Notes under the pieces: generated by a model
Seen by the model: only the letters and a program-made list of their open reading frames with translations
Told to the model about the DNA's origin: nothing
Databases searched by the model: none
Source: Promethearchaeota archaeon
GTDB lineage: Archaea > Asgardarchaeota > Lokiarchaeia > Sigyniarchaeales > SOKP01
DNA length: 64,000 bases
Direction of reading: 5' to 3'
Assembly: GCA_048940925.1 (NCBI GenBank)
Contig: JBHLOC010000012.1
Location: 38,316-102,315 of the forward strand
Part shown: positions 1-10,475 of the stretch, one piece after another
Layout: each line of letters starts with the position of its first letter
Numbering within the stretch: position 1 is the stretch's first letter
Program-made: the position numbers and the translations under genes

Positions 1-331
1 GTGAATAAACTACTCATAATCTAAGATAATCTCTTTTAAATTCGACTTTCAACATTTTTTTTGGGAAAATAAAAGCAATGATAATTAGAATTATCTCTAA
101 AATAAGAAAACTCATGGACTTGAAATCCTCAATAATTAATTTCATATTACGTTATGATTTATAGAATAGTTGTAAAAAACATTGTAAAATTCAATTGATA
201 TAAATTCTCATATATGTGGGTAAAATTATAATGAAATTATTCTCTTATCTAGATAATGCTAATATATTATTATTCAAATCGGTATAAAAGATTATTTAAA
301 TTAACTTAATAATAAGAAGAATTTACACATT

Positions 332-796
332 CTAATATTGAAATTCTTTTAATCGACCATAATTCTCTATTTTATTGTATTTCTTATTTTTCGAGTTAAA
401 ATGAATATATATAGGAGAATCATTAAGGATCGGAAAAGACTTAAAAATTGTTCTATCTGCGTATCTGAGCGCCTTCAAAACTAGTGGCAAATGATAACGA
501 AATATTCTTTCTCGCATATGTGCCCATCCAAATATAAATCCTCCGCTAACATGAAGATAAAGATGTAACTCATAAACATTATTATTAAATTGCCACTCAG
601 CTAAGACCTCATCTCTCATCAATCGTGTATAAAAACTTGAGATCTGTTTATAATCGTATTGAGATGCTATTGTGAGAAATAAATCACCTGTTGAATCAGA
701 ATGAGTTAAAGTATATTTCCGTGGGAGAATAAAATTCGCTGGATCTACAGAATCCTTATATACAACATGTAATTTTTCAGGATTAAAATCTGCCAT
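332..796 (-). CDS. Staygreen (SGR) family protein, Mg-dechelatase homologue
   Basis: Motifs LPRKYTLTHSDSTG, RLMRDEVLAEW, HVSGG, R-x-IF-x3-LPLVLKA and IHFNS...NKIE-x-G align with plant SGR and bacterial SGR homologues. Confidence 0.92.
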   Translation of the reverse strand: MADFNPEKLHVVYKDSVDPANFILPRKYTLTHSDSTGDLFLTIASQYDYKQISSFYTRLMRDEVLAEWQFNNNVYELHLYLHVSGGFIFGWAHMRERIFRYHLPLVLKALRYADRTIFKSFPILNDSPIYIHFNSKNKKYNKIENYGRLKEFQY

Positions 797-921
797 TTTT
801 ACATTAAATTTATTTCAAAATAAGGTTTAAAAATTTCTCTTATAAACAATTAATGAAAACTATTTAATCCTTTCTGTAGTTAAAAATGCAATAAAAGAAA
901 AAATAAAGTTGAATTTGATAA

Positions 922-1743
922 ATGACTCACCTAAAAGGAAAAACACTTTTTATTACAGGTGCTAGTAGAGGTATAGGAAAAGCTATTGCATTGAAAGCAG
1001 CTAAAGATGGTGCTAATATTACAATAGTCGCTAAAACAAAAGAAGCTCATCCGAGATTACCTGGAACTGTCTATACTGCTGTAGAAGAAATTAGATCTAT
1101 GGGGGGTAACGCTCTTCCTGCCATAACTGATATAAGGTATGAGGATCAAGTTATGAATGCTATAAATGCTACAGTTGATGAATTTGGAGGGATTGATATC
1201 CTTATTAATAATGCCAGTGCTATAAATTTATCCCCTACTTTAGAAATTGAAATGAAACGGTATGATCTCATCTTTTCAGTTAATGTACGTGGAACATTTT
1301 TATGCTCAAAACTATGTATTCCCTATCTCAAAAACGCAGAAAATCCACACATATTGAATTTATCCCCTCCGCTAAATCTTGATCCAAAATGGTTTAAAAA
1401 TAATTTAGCCTATACTATGTCTAAATATGGAATGAGTATGTGTGTTTTAGGTATGGCGGAAGAATATAAAAAAGATGGGATTGCTGTTAATGCATTGTGG
1501 CCACGTACATCAATTGCAACAGCTGCTGTTAGAAATCTATTAGGAGGAGAATCAGCAATCAAACATTCAAGAAAACCAGAAATTGTAGCAGATGCAGCAT
1601 ATATAATTTTAACGAAACCAAGTAGAGAATGTACAGGGAATTTTTTTATAGATGAGGATCTACTAATTGAAAATGGCATAACTGATCTTGACAAATATTC
1701 AGTTGATTTGGGCTCAGCTCTTTATCCCGATTTCTTTCTATAA
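922..1743 (+). CDS. Short-chain dehydrogenase, HSDL2-like
   Basis: TGASRGIG, NNAS and YTMSK catalytic motif; HILNLSPPL and NALWPRT are typical of the HSDL2 subfamily. Confidence 0.9.
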   Translation: MTHLKGKTLFITGASRGIGKAIALKAAKDGANITIVAKTKEAHPRLPGTVYTAVEEIRSMGGNALPAITDIRYEDQVMNAINATVDEFGGIDILINNASAINLSPTLEIEMKRYDLIFSVNVRGTFLCSKLCIPYLKNAENPHILNLSPPLNLDPKWFKNNLAYTMSKYGMSMCVLGMAEEYKKDGIAVNALWPRTSIATAAVRNLLGGESAIKHSRKPEIVADAAYIILTKPSRECTGNFFIDEDLLIENGITDLDKYSVDLGSALYPDFFL

Positions 1744-1870
1744 ATTCCTAATAATTACTATTTTTTCAAATAAAGTAAATCTTAGACTAGTAAATTCAAA
1801 TACAGATTGTAAAAGAATGAATATAATATAATTCACTAAAAAATTATTCAAATTTTTTATATATTGGATT

Positions 1871-3046
1871 ATGTTATTTTCATTTATGAATTTACTGAAC
1901 TTATTTATTGGTCTCCATCTTAAGCTCAAACAATACAGAGTGCAGTTTATCTTTTTCTTTTTATACTGGTTTAGTGGTTTTCTTTTTTTTCTTATTACTG
2001 AACCAAACGAGACTTTTGGGAATTTATTCTTATTCTCAATAACTGTTAGATCTCCAGCAGATGCAGGGGATTATGCTAAATTTTATGCGTTAGTATGGCC
2101 AATTTTACTTGAAGTTATAGTATTTGGATTTATCATGGGTGAGTTACTGGAAAGATATAATCCTATTGTTACTAGTAGAATTCTTGCTCGCCATAGATAT
2201 TTTCATACTGTTATTATTGGATATCACCATCTTTCTATTAGGATTCTCGAATATTGCATTGATAATGAAAAACCTTTTTGCCTTATTGAGGATTGCGAAG
2301 AATTAGTCGAAGATCTAATAAATGCAGGTCATCCTATAGTTATAGGCGATGCTGTCGAAACAACTAACCTCATTGCTGCGAATATTAAAAGTGCTAAAGA
2401 AGTTTTTATCAATGTAGGTGACGTTAGAGTGGCAATAATCTGTACAGCTAAAATTCGAAAAATTAATCCTGAATGCCCTATATATGTACGTGCTTTTGAT
2501 GATCATGTACGAGAGTATCTTAGACAACCTCCATTGAATGCATTCTCATTTTCAACCTCAAATTGGGCAATGGATCATATTCGCAAATGGACACAAGGTA
2601 AAACTGGGAATGCTATTGTGATTGGGCGCGATAGCTTAACCCATCGTATTGCATACCACCTTTCTTTGCAATCTGGGCGTCAAGTATTTCTATTTGATGA
2701 TGAACATGAGGGTATTGAGTTTGTGGTAAATGACCAAATGCATTTAATTAATGAATTTGCTCGCTTTTTAAGTGATCTACGCGCTCATGTGAATTTAGAT
2801 GAAGTTTCCCAAGTATTTATATGTTGGAAACGTGAATCTGAATTTGATGAATCAATATATTTAACGTCTAAACTTTATTTACGACATCCTGAAATTGAAG
2901 TTTATGTCCGTATCTTTGATGAAGAATTAAGAGAATTAGTAGAAAATTATAATGCAAAGACTTTTTCAACCTCTATGAATGCTTTTAATATGCTTCAAAA
3001 AGAAGTGAAAAAAGATTCAGCAATTTATCCAAAAGAATCTAGTTAA
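1871..3046 (+). CDS. Membrane protein with two TrkA-N/RCK-like domains (K+ channel-like, selectivity filter degenerate)
   Basis: N-terminal TM helices, HTVIIGY Rossmann-like motif, IVIGDA-x7-AANIKSAK, second AIVIGRD domain; no TVGYG. Confidence 0.7.
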   Translation: MLFSFMNLLNLFIGLHLKLKQYRVQFIFFFLYWFSGFLFFLITEPNETFGNLFLFSITVRSPADAGDYAKFYALVWPILLEVIVFGFIMGELLERYNPIVTSRILARHRYFHTVIIGYHHLSIRILEYCIDNEKPFCLIEDCEELVEDLINAGHPIVIGDAVETTNLIAANIKSAKEVFINVGDVRVAIICTAKIRKINPECPIYVRAFDDHVREYLRQPPLNAFSFSTSNWAMDHIRKWTQGKTGNAIVIGRDSLTHRIAYHLSLQSGRQVFLFDDEHEGIEFVVNDQMHLINEFARFLSDLRAHVNLDEVSQVFICWKRESEFDESIYLTSKLYLRHPEIEVYVRIFDEELRELVENYNAKTFSTSMNAFNMLQKEVKKDSAIYPKESS

Positions 3047-3133
3047 ATTTGATATTTTTTTTAATCTAAATATTAAAATTTTTCATAATTAATTTTAAAT
3101 ATGTTAATTTAATACTTAGAATGGACTTATGCT

Positions 3134-4066
3134 ATGTTAAATAAATCTAAAATACTCAAAAATTTTCAAAATAGTTTAGCTGAAAAAAACTATAAAGGTC
3201 TAGTAATTTCTGCTAAGCATATTCGTGATTTACATAACGACATTGAAAAGCATAATAAAAAAGAGCTTTTTGATCCTCTATTTTATTACGAATGCCTTTC
3301 ATATTTTGAATTCGAGCCTGTATTAAATTTGCCTGAAAAATATTCACTATTTATCGTTGCAGTTCCGCAGCCCTCCTTTAAAGTAAATTTCATATGGAAA
3401 AATGAGAATGTACCCTTACTTATTCCTCCAACATATCTATATGGTCAAAAAGTAATAGATGAGGTTAAGGAGATATTAGAAGGTATTTTGCATCCAGAAG
3501 GCTATAAAGTAGTATATGCTCGTATTCCATTTAAAACATTAGCTGTACGTAGCGGATTAGCAAAATATGGAAGAAATAATATCACCTATATTTCAGAAAT
3601 GGGGAGTTTCTATCGCTTAGCTGCATTTTACTCAGACTTTCCAATAGAGAAAGATTCGTGGCAAGAACTAAAAATGATGGAGTTATGTGAAAATTGTTCT
3701 GCCTGCATAAATAACTGTCCTACACAAGCTATTTCATCTGAACGTTTCCTCTTACATGCCGAACGCTGTATTACTTTTCATAATGAGCATCCTAGAGATA
3801 TTCCGTTCCCAAAATGGTTAGACTCTTCATGGCATAATTGTCTTGTAGGTTGTCTTCATTGCCAAAGAGTTTGTCCTGCGAATAAGAAAGTATTTAAATG
3901 GATTGAACAGGGACCTATATTTTCTGAAGAGGAGACAAAAGAAATTTTAGAAGGAAATGTTTTTGAGCAAATTTCTGGAGAAACTGCGAAGAAACTTGCT
4001 AATTTTGACTTAAATGAGTTTCTTGAATTATTTCCCCGAAATCTTAGTGTTTTTTTAAAAAAATGA
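3134..4066 (+). CDS. Epoxyqueuosine reductase (QueG)-like 4Fe-4S double-cluster protein
   Basis: KTLAVRSGLAKYGRNN, CENCSACINNCP, CITF and CLVGCLHCQRVCP. Confidence 0.8.
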   Translation: MLNKSKILKNFQNSLAEKNYKGLVISAKHIRDLHNDIEKHNKKELFDPLFYYECLSYFEFEPVLNLPEKYSLFIVAVPQPSFKVNFIWKNENVPLLIPPTYLYGQKVIDEVKEILEGILHPEGYKVVYARIPFKTLAVRSGLAKYGRNNITYISEMGSFYRLAAFYSDFPIEKDSWQELKMMELCENCSACINNCPTQAISSERFLLHAERCITFHNEHPRDIPFPKWLDSSWHNCLVGCLHCQRVCPANKKVFKWIEQGPIFSEEETKEILEGNVFEQISGETAKKLANFDLNEFLELFPRNLSVFLKK

Positions 4067-4304
4067 ATCTAGAAAAAATAAAATAAATACTTGATTAAGG
4101 GATTGCTCTCCCCCTCCTCTCATAATTCCCAGATTACTCCTATATCTACTAAAGAATAATAATCTCTTATTCCATATTGGTGGAAGATTTAAAAGATTTA
4201 AAAAAAAATATAATAATTTTGTAAAGCATAAAAACTATGCATTCTTAGATTATATTATAATTGAAATTATTTTCATACTTTTTTTAAATATGTTGAATTG
4301 ATTT

Positions 4305-4955
4305 ATGATTCGTGTTTTAAATAAAATCCGACAGGATAAAAAAGAATTTATTACTTCTGATGAACTAAAGAGCTATTGTGAAGAGTTATACTTGGATTAT
4401 CGCCGTATTAGTGATTATCTAATATCACGAGGTAATTTATTATCTATTGTAGAAGATGTTTATTATGTAAAATCTGCAACTGAGGTTAATAAGAAAAAAT
4501 TAAAATATTCTTTTTTTAAGCTCTTATCAAAAGCTTTAAGATTTAAGCAAATAAATAATTGGTACTTTGGTCTTTATACGGCATTGGATCTATTGAATAT
4601 CAGTTATAACCATGATAATAATTATTTTTACTTAATTAATGACAAGATTGTATATAATAAACCTACAATAATTTTAGGTAAAAAATTCCGATTTTTAAGA
4701 TTCAATAATTCTTTCTTTAATTTTGGAATAATCCAAAACAAAACACGACATTCAGATCTCGAAAAAACCATTTTAGATTTAATTTATTTATGGGAATATA
4801 ACCAAATGAATGAAAACAGAATACTCATCGAAGTTTCTAAATTAATAGATGGAATTTCTGAGGAAAAAATACTAGAATATTCTCAATATTATCCCGAATC
4901 AAACCAAAAACTATTGAAGAGAGCTTTAAATAGATTATCAATATCTACGCATTAA
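4305..4955 (+). CDS. AbiEi-like wHTH regulator (type IV TA antitoxin family), orphan
   Basis: YLISRG-x4-I-x3-YYV, WYFGLYTAL and SDLEKTILDLIYL match archaeal AbiEi-like proteins. Confidence 0.7.
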   Translation: MIRVLNKIRQDKKEFITSDELKSYCEELYLDYRRISDYLISRGNLLSIVEDVYYVKSATEVNKKKLKYSFFKLLSKALRFKQINNWYFGLYTALDLLNISYNHDNNYFYLINDKIVYNKPTIILGKKFRFLRFNNSFFNFGIIQNKTRHSDLEKTILDLIYLWEYNQMNENRILIEVSKLIDGISEEKILEYSQYYPESNQKLLKRALNRLSISTH

Positions 4956-5064
4956 GATTAAGCTTAATACTTGTTTTACAAACTTTTTATTTTAGATCAA
5001 AAATGAAATTTTTATGTCGCGCTTAATTTTAAATCCCATATTTTATTAAGAGTATCATAATTAA

Positions 5065-6417
5065 ATGACTTTAAAGAGCCATCCAAGTGATAAGGAGCAT
5101 TTAAAATATTTAGAGAAATTTAACATAAATCAACGTTATGCTCTTTTTACCATTATCCTATGTATTCTTCTCGATTCGTTTGGATATTCTATGGTTCTAC
5201 CCTTATTACCTGGAATTGCTAAGGATTTTGGAGCCTCAGATTTTATGGTTGGAATTTTGATTTCATCAAATGCACTTTCCGCACTAATATTTGTTCCAAT
5301 ATGGGGTAAATTGAGTGATAAATATGGACGCAAACCTATCCTAATAATCTCACAAGGGGGTACCGCTCTTGCATTCTTTTTTTTAGGATTATCTAATTCT
5401 ATTTATTTTATCCTTTTTGGTAGAATTTTAGATGGGATGTTTGGTGGTCAAATTCCCGCCATCCGAGCTTATGTTACTGATGTCACTACTCCACAAACAA
5501 GAGCTTCCCATATGAGTAAATTCATGGTTGGATATACTGGGGGTATGATTGCAGGTCCTATCATTGGAGGCTTTTTAGGGGTAATCAATTGGCGTATTCC
5601 TTTTTTTTTCGCAAGTGTTTTATCTGTTTTTGCTATCTTTTTAACAAAAATAATTTTAGTTGAAAGCATGCCAAAAGAGAGAAGAGTTGAAATTCAGCAA
5701 CGTCTTCAATCTATACACTTAAATTCAGGAATTAAAAGGAGTATTTGGAATGGTGAAGTAATAAGTCGACTCATCCAAACTTTTTTAATCTCTCTAATTA
5801 GCTCAATGTTCATGTCAAGTTATGCTTTAGTCCTTAATAAAAGATATGGAGCAAATGCCTCCGTAATCGGTTTAGTTATGGCAGTGGCAGGTGTTGGTCT
5901 TTTAATATATGGTTTAATTCTAATAAGACCAATACTTAGAAAAGTAGGTGAAAAACGAATTTTAATTATTACTTTTATTTTAGCGATTATCATATTCATC
6001 ATCTACCCTTATTTATATGAATTTTGGATGGTTTTTCCATTTGTTTTAGTATTTGCATTTATGTTAGCTTTGATGAGACCGCTTATTTCTGCAAATATCA
6101 CTAAAGCAGTTGATCCAGATAGGCAAGGAGTTGTAAGTGGGTGGGCTGTTAATCTTCAGTCGTCTTCACAAGTAATAGGTCCTTTACTTTCAACTGGATT
6201 CTTACAAATTGGTGGTTTAGCTATTAGTGTTATTTACTTGGATTCATATGAATTAATTGGATTTATGAATGTGATATTAGCCGTTATTTTATTTCTAGTC
6301 GGTTATTTTGATGTTAAACTACACCCTAAACTATATGCTTATGAGAAAATTAGGAGAAAACGACTAGAGGTAATAAAAAGACGAATTCCAAATAAAGAAG
6401 AGATAGAAATAGAATAG
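5065..6417 (+). CDS. MFS transporter, TetA/DHA1-like
   Basis: About 12 TM helices; GKLSDKYGRKP motif A; GRILDG; GPIIGG. Confidence 0.92.
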   Translation: MTLKSHPSDKEHLKYLEKFNINQRYALFTIILCILLDSFGYSMVLPLLPGIAKDFGASDFMVGILISSNALSALIFVPIWGKLSDKYGRKPILIISQGGTALAFFFLGLSNSIYFILFGRILDGMFGGQIPAIRAYVTDVTTPQTRASHMSKFMVGYTGGMIAGPIIGGFLGVINWRIPFFFASVLSVFAIFLTKIILVESMPKERRVEIQQRLQSIHLNSGIKRSIWNGEVISRLIQTFLISLISSMFMSSYALVLNKRYGANASVIGLVMAVAGVGLLIYGLILIRPILRKVGEKRILIITFILAIIIFIIYPYLYEFWMVFPFVLVFAFMLALMRPLISANITKAVDPDRQGVVSGWAVNLQSSSQVIGPLLSTGFLQIGGLAISVIYLDSYELIGFMNVILAVILFLVGYFDVKLHPKLYAYEKIRRKRLEVIKRRIPNKEEIEIE

Positions 6418-6511
6418 TTCCTTTAAAACTAATTTATAATTTGCCAATTAAATGTAATCACGATAAATTTGAAAAATATTTATGCCAAACTGAAAACTTT
6501 AGCTGTTTATC

Positions 6512-6721
6512 ATGAAGAAAATTAATATAATTGAAACAAAAACAGGAAAACTTCAAGGATATATTGAAAATGGTATATCTATATTTAAGAGAAATCCTTA
6601 TGTGCAACCTCCAGTTGGTAAATTGAGATTAAAGGCTCCAGTATTAAAAAAATCATGGGAATTTAGACCAGAAATTCCAAAATCGATTTCAGCTATTACA
6701 CCTTCGTTAAGTAGAGAATAA
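6512..6721 (+). pseudogene. Truncated type-B carboxylesterase N-terminus
   Basis: ETKTGKLQG...IFKRNPYVQPPVGKLRLKAP matches the carboxylesterase start (FKGIPYA-PPVG-LRF-P) but the ORF ends at 69 aa. Confidence 0.75.
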
Positions 6722-6809
6722 GAATTATGATGTGGAATTAAGATATGATCTCAATATTAAAATAATATTTCCAATTTTATTTATAAATAATAATCTATTA
6801 TTGAAGAAA

Positions 6810-7532
6810 ATGAATATTGAAAAGATTTGGACAACAAGCGATTGGACAACTCATGCGCGGAGTATCATTCATGGACTTAGTGAATTTCCGGAAGATTCAA
6901 AACTTATTTTAATTTTACGACATTCCCATAGAAATGAACCAGAACCGGGGTTCCTAGACAAAGTCTATAAATTAAGATTAACTCCAGAGGGCCATGCTGT
7001 TGCAGAAAAATTTGGGGAAAATCTACCTAAAGACAGGCCAATTCGGATCTTTCATAGTATAATATGGCGATGTGAAGAAACAGCAGCTAACATTCATAAA
7101 GGCTTTTCAAAAATAGGGGGAAAAAGCGAATTAAAAGGAGAATTTGCTCCTCTCTCTAATATCGGAATAGATAATCGATCTTTTTTAAATCAATTTAAAA
7201 AATATCGTTTTAGAGATGTTTTATTCCGTTGGGTTGCAGGTTTTTATCTTCCTGAGGAATGGACTCCTTTTACACAATATGTTCAAAATTCAGCTCATCT
7301 TATATGGAATCAACTTAAAGATGCCCCTGAAAAAGGATTAGATATATATATAACCCATGACTGGCATTTAATTAGTTTTAGATTTGGTTGGTTTGGACTA
7401 CCTCCAGACGAGAGGTGGGTAAAATTTTTAGGGGGATTTGCCTTTACATTTGAAGAAGATCATATTTTGTTATTAGATTATGGCGATTTGAGACCAATAG
7501 AATTTCCCCATTGGTGCAAAATCGAAAAATAA
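6810..7532 (+). CDS. Histidine phosphatase superfamily protein
   Basis: ILRHSHR, LTPEG, S-x3-RC-x-ETA, ITHD. Start moved to ATG 6810, about 25 nt after TTTATAAA. Confidence 0.82.
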   Translation: MNIEKIWTTSDWTTHARSIIHGLSEFPEDSKLILILRHSHRNEPEPGFLDKVYKLRLTPEGHAVAEKFGENLPKDRPIRIFHSIIWRCEETAANIHKGFSKIGGKSELKGEFAPLSNIGIDNRSFLNQFKKYRFRDVLFRWVAGFYLPEEWTPFTQYVQNSAHLIWNQLKDAPEKGLDIYITHDWHLISFRFGWFGLPPDERWVKFLGGFAFTFEEDHILLLDYGDLRPIEFPHWCKIEK

Positions 7533-8078
7533 TCTTATAATAATTATATATAATTAATATGGAAATGCACTAGTTGCATCACTATCAGTTATTACAGTAA
7601 AATACTGTTTTATTAACAGCTCACTTTGTTTAACTCCTCTTGGATCCCCCCAATCCAAATGTGTATAAGAAAGTAGAGGTAAATAATGCATAACAATTCA
7701 AGGATCATAAATAAAAATTCCACACGTCATCATAATCAATACCTATTATCTCTTTTTCAATTTTTTGTCTTAAATCAATTTTATTCTGCCACCAAGAAGC
7801 TTTGTAAGTAATCAATATAAATTCCATCGATTTGACTTAGATATTTTCAAGCGTGTGAAGAAAATAGGATTTAAATTTTATTTTAATGAAGTTTTGTTCA
7901 AATACTTAATGAAGAAATCCCTTGATTTAAGTTTTGAAGGTGAAAAAGTCGATGAAATATTTACAAATTACCCTGATAAACAACCTAAATTAAGACAAAA
8001 CTATCAAAATCATCAGGAAATCCCTTTATTTTAAAAAAAAAGAAAAAAAATTAAAATTAATAATAAAAGTTTACAATA

Positions 8079-8579
8079 TCATTTACGTCGATTTGCTATT
8101 ATAATTAGTAAACCAATTGCAAAAACCACAGGAATCAAGAAGTAAAATCCAGATGAAATACTTTTCGCATCCGCTGGCTCTATTCGTGTGATTTCAAACC
8201 AAATTGTAACCTCTTCGTCATTGATATTATCCATATAAATACCGTAAGAACCTTCTAAAGTAACCTTGTAACTCCATGATCCCCCTCTACTATTAGAGCT
8301 AAATTCTATATATGTAAAATCTTCACCCCTCATAAAATTACTACCATTTTCACTATCCATTAAATATACATCTATTCCAGGACCACTTTTTACGTTATAG
8401 TCGATTTCTAACTTGTCTCCAGCATAACAGCTTTTGCTGGAACTAAATTTTTGATTAGCTGGTAAGGTAATCTCTTGAGTAGTTGTCCATTTAGTGCCTT
8501 GAACCTCCTTAACTAAAAATGTAAGTAAAATTGTGAAGAATATGGCATAGAAAAAAAATCTCGCTTTCTTTTTTATCAT
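8079..8579 (-). CDS. Secreted, membrane-anchored beta-sandwich (GOLD/p24-like) protein
   Basis: Signal peptide; GDKLEIDYNV-x4-IDVYLMD...GSYGIYMDN pattern; C-terminal TM plus RRK. Confidence 0.55.
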   Translation of the reverse strand: MIKKKARFFFYAIFFTILLTFLVKEVQGTKWTTTQEITLPANQKFSSSKSCYAGDKLEIDYNVKSGPGIDVYLMDSENGSNFMRGEDFTYIEFSSNSRGGSWSYKVTLEGSYGIYMDNINDEEVTIWFEITRIEPADAKSISSGFYFLIPVVFAIGLLIIIANRRK

Positions 8580-8833
8580 TTTTTATCACATATTATATTA
8601 GATTTCAAATTTATTATATAAAACTTGAATATAAAAATATTATTAAATTCAATGTATAACAAGTCTTTATAGAAATTATCTAACATTTCTCCTAAAATCT
8701 TAGATACAATATTAATTGGATCTTCTTCTAATAGGATCTATCCTCTATATTCCTAGCTACTAGTGAAATATACAAAATTATTGCGATATAATTATAAAGT
8801 CCCAAAAAAAGTATGATAAAAAGTAATTAAGTT

Positions 8834-9715
8834 TTAAGCTTTTGCAGCGTTTTCAGCAATTGCGTCTGAAATTTGCCCCCATATCTCTGGAGGTAAACTA
8901 TGGCCCATTCCATCAATAATTAGCAATTCTGCACCTGGTATTGATTTTGCTGTCTCTTTACCGCCTTCAAGAGGAACGAGAGGATCATCTCCTCCATGAA
9001 TAACTAGTGTGGGAACTTTGATTGATGATAGTTTAGATCTCCTATCTCCATTTGCCAAAATTGCTAACAACTGACGTCCAAAACCAAGAGGGTAAAAACA
9101 TCTGTCAAACACTTTTTCAGCTATTTTTCGACTTCTTTCTTCATTAAAAGGGAATCCTGAACCATAGAGTAATCTTCCAACCTTTAAAGAATTTTCTATA
9201 TATGCGCTACGTTCTGTAGGAGCAGGTGTAACTAATACTTGCATTGCTTCTGAAGTTGGTTGTGGAAGGTCAGGATTTCCTGTTGTGCTCATAATAGAAG
9301 TAAGGCTTAAAACTCGATTTGGATGTCGAAATGTGATAATTTGTGCAATCATACCACCCATGGATGCCCCACAAATATGAGCTTTATCAATCTTAAGAGC
9401 ATTTAAAATACCAATAGCATCATCTGCCATATCTTCCAATGAATAAGGTGCTTCAATTGTCTCACCTCGTTGCATAGCCGCAATTGCTTTCATAATATTT
9501 GGTCTACCTGCTTCTTCAAACTTAGTTGATAAACCAACATCTCTGTTATCGTATCGAATTACATAAAAACCACGGTCTAAAAAGAATTGGATGAATTCTT
9601 TGTCCCAAGCAATCATTTGGCCACCTAGTCCCATAACCAATAATAATGGTTTATCTGAAGGATTACCAAAAGTTTCATACTCAATTTCTATATTATTTAC
9701 TTTTGCTTTCGGCAT
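8834..9715 (-). CDS. Alpha/beta hydrolase (RdmC-like esterase)
   Basis: GASMGG nucleophile, DNRDVGLS, HGGDDPL, GMGH. Confidence 0.92.
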   Translation of the reverse strand: MPKAKVNNIEIEYETFGNPSDKPLLLVMGLGGQMIAWDKEFIQFFLDRGFYVIRYDNRDVGLSTKFEEAGRPNIMKAIAAMQRGETIEAPYSLEDMADDAIGILNALKIDKAHICGASMGGMIAQIITFRHPNRVLSLTSIMSTTGNPDLPQPTSEAMQVLVTPAPTERSAYIENSLKVGRLLYGSGFPFNEERSRKIAEKVFDRCFYPLGFGRQLLAILANGDRRSKLSSIKVPTLVIHGGDDPLVPLEGGKETAKSIPGAELLIIDGMGHSLPPEIWGQISDAIAENAAKA

Positions 9716-9785
9716 TTTATCATCCTAAATATTTTTTTTATTTTTAAAATATTCAAAAGTTTTTAAATTATTGGTAGCTTAACTT

Positions 9786-10000
9786 CACAATAAAAAAGCG
9801 ATTAAATCTATATGGATTCCAATCCCAACTAGATTCCAATTTCGTTGAAAGTTTTTCTTCCAAATATACATACCAATGGTATAGCAGACGATTATCCAAT
9901 AATAATTACAATAACAATCATAATAAAAAGAGACAATAGTAAATTATCCTGATAAACTAAGAGCAGAGGTGCAAATTATATAGAGGACTTTAATGTTGAT
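9786..10000 (-). pseudogene. Frameshifted remnant of a membrane protein gene
   Basis: Two adjacent hydrophobic frames: FAPLLLVYQDNLLLSLFIMIVIVIIIG* then WIIVCYTIGMYIWKK...GIGIHIDLIAFLL*. Confidence 0.3.
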
Positions 10001-10027
10001 ATATGAATGAATAGATAAATGTATCAA

Positions 10028-10372
10028 TCAACAAGTTAAATGGAATGCTCCTGCTATTTTTCTATTTCCTTTAATTTCTTGGTTATATAACTGTATTGCC
10101 TCTTGAGTTGGAAGAGAAATAATCTCAAAATTCAAATTTTTAGTTAGTTCTAGTGGCACATTCATTAATCCCGAATTCCCAGTTCCGATAATTAGGAGTT
10201 CTGGGGCATAATCTAAAACATATTTTAAATCCTCTTTAGATATATGATGTCCTTTTTCTCGCCACCAGTTTGGTATAACACTTTTACCAAGAAGAATTAT
10301 ATCTTCATAAAAAGTTTCATTTTCGAGTGAAATACTACCAAATTGATAATTTTTTATGAATTCTGAGGTCAT
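10028..10372 (-). CDS. Mth938-like (AAMDC/NDUFAF3 family) protein
   Basis: WWREKGH, IIGTG-x-SG and C-terminal HLTC. Confidence 0.9.
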   Translation of the reverse strand: MTSEFIKNYQFGSISLENETFYEDIILLGKSVIPNWWREKGHHISKEDLKYVLDYAPELLIIGTGNSGLMNVPLELTKNLNFEIISLPTQEAIQLYNQEIKGNRKIAGAFHLTC

Positions 10373-10475
10373 ATATGATTAAAGTATTTTTTCCTTAAAA
10401 ACTAAATTAACTCTATTGAGAATTTTAGCTAAATGTGGTCAAGAGAAACATAATAAGCCAGTAAAATCCAGAAAC

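Noticed and set aside
14-145. 43-aa hydrophobic minus-strand ORF at the window start
   Set aside because: Too short and lacks supporting signals
3134-4066. Reductive dehalogenase
   Set aside because: Too short, no Tat signal or RdhB anchor; a generic QueG-like assignment is safer
7555-8030. Coding-like fragments on both strands in the intergenic gap
   Set aside because: Short, interrupted frames that I cannot assign to any family
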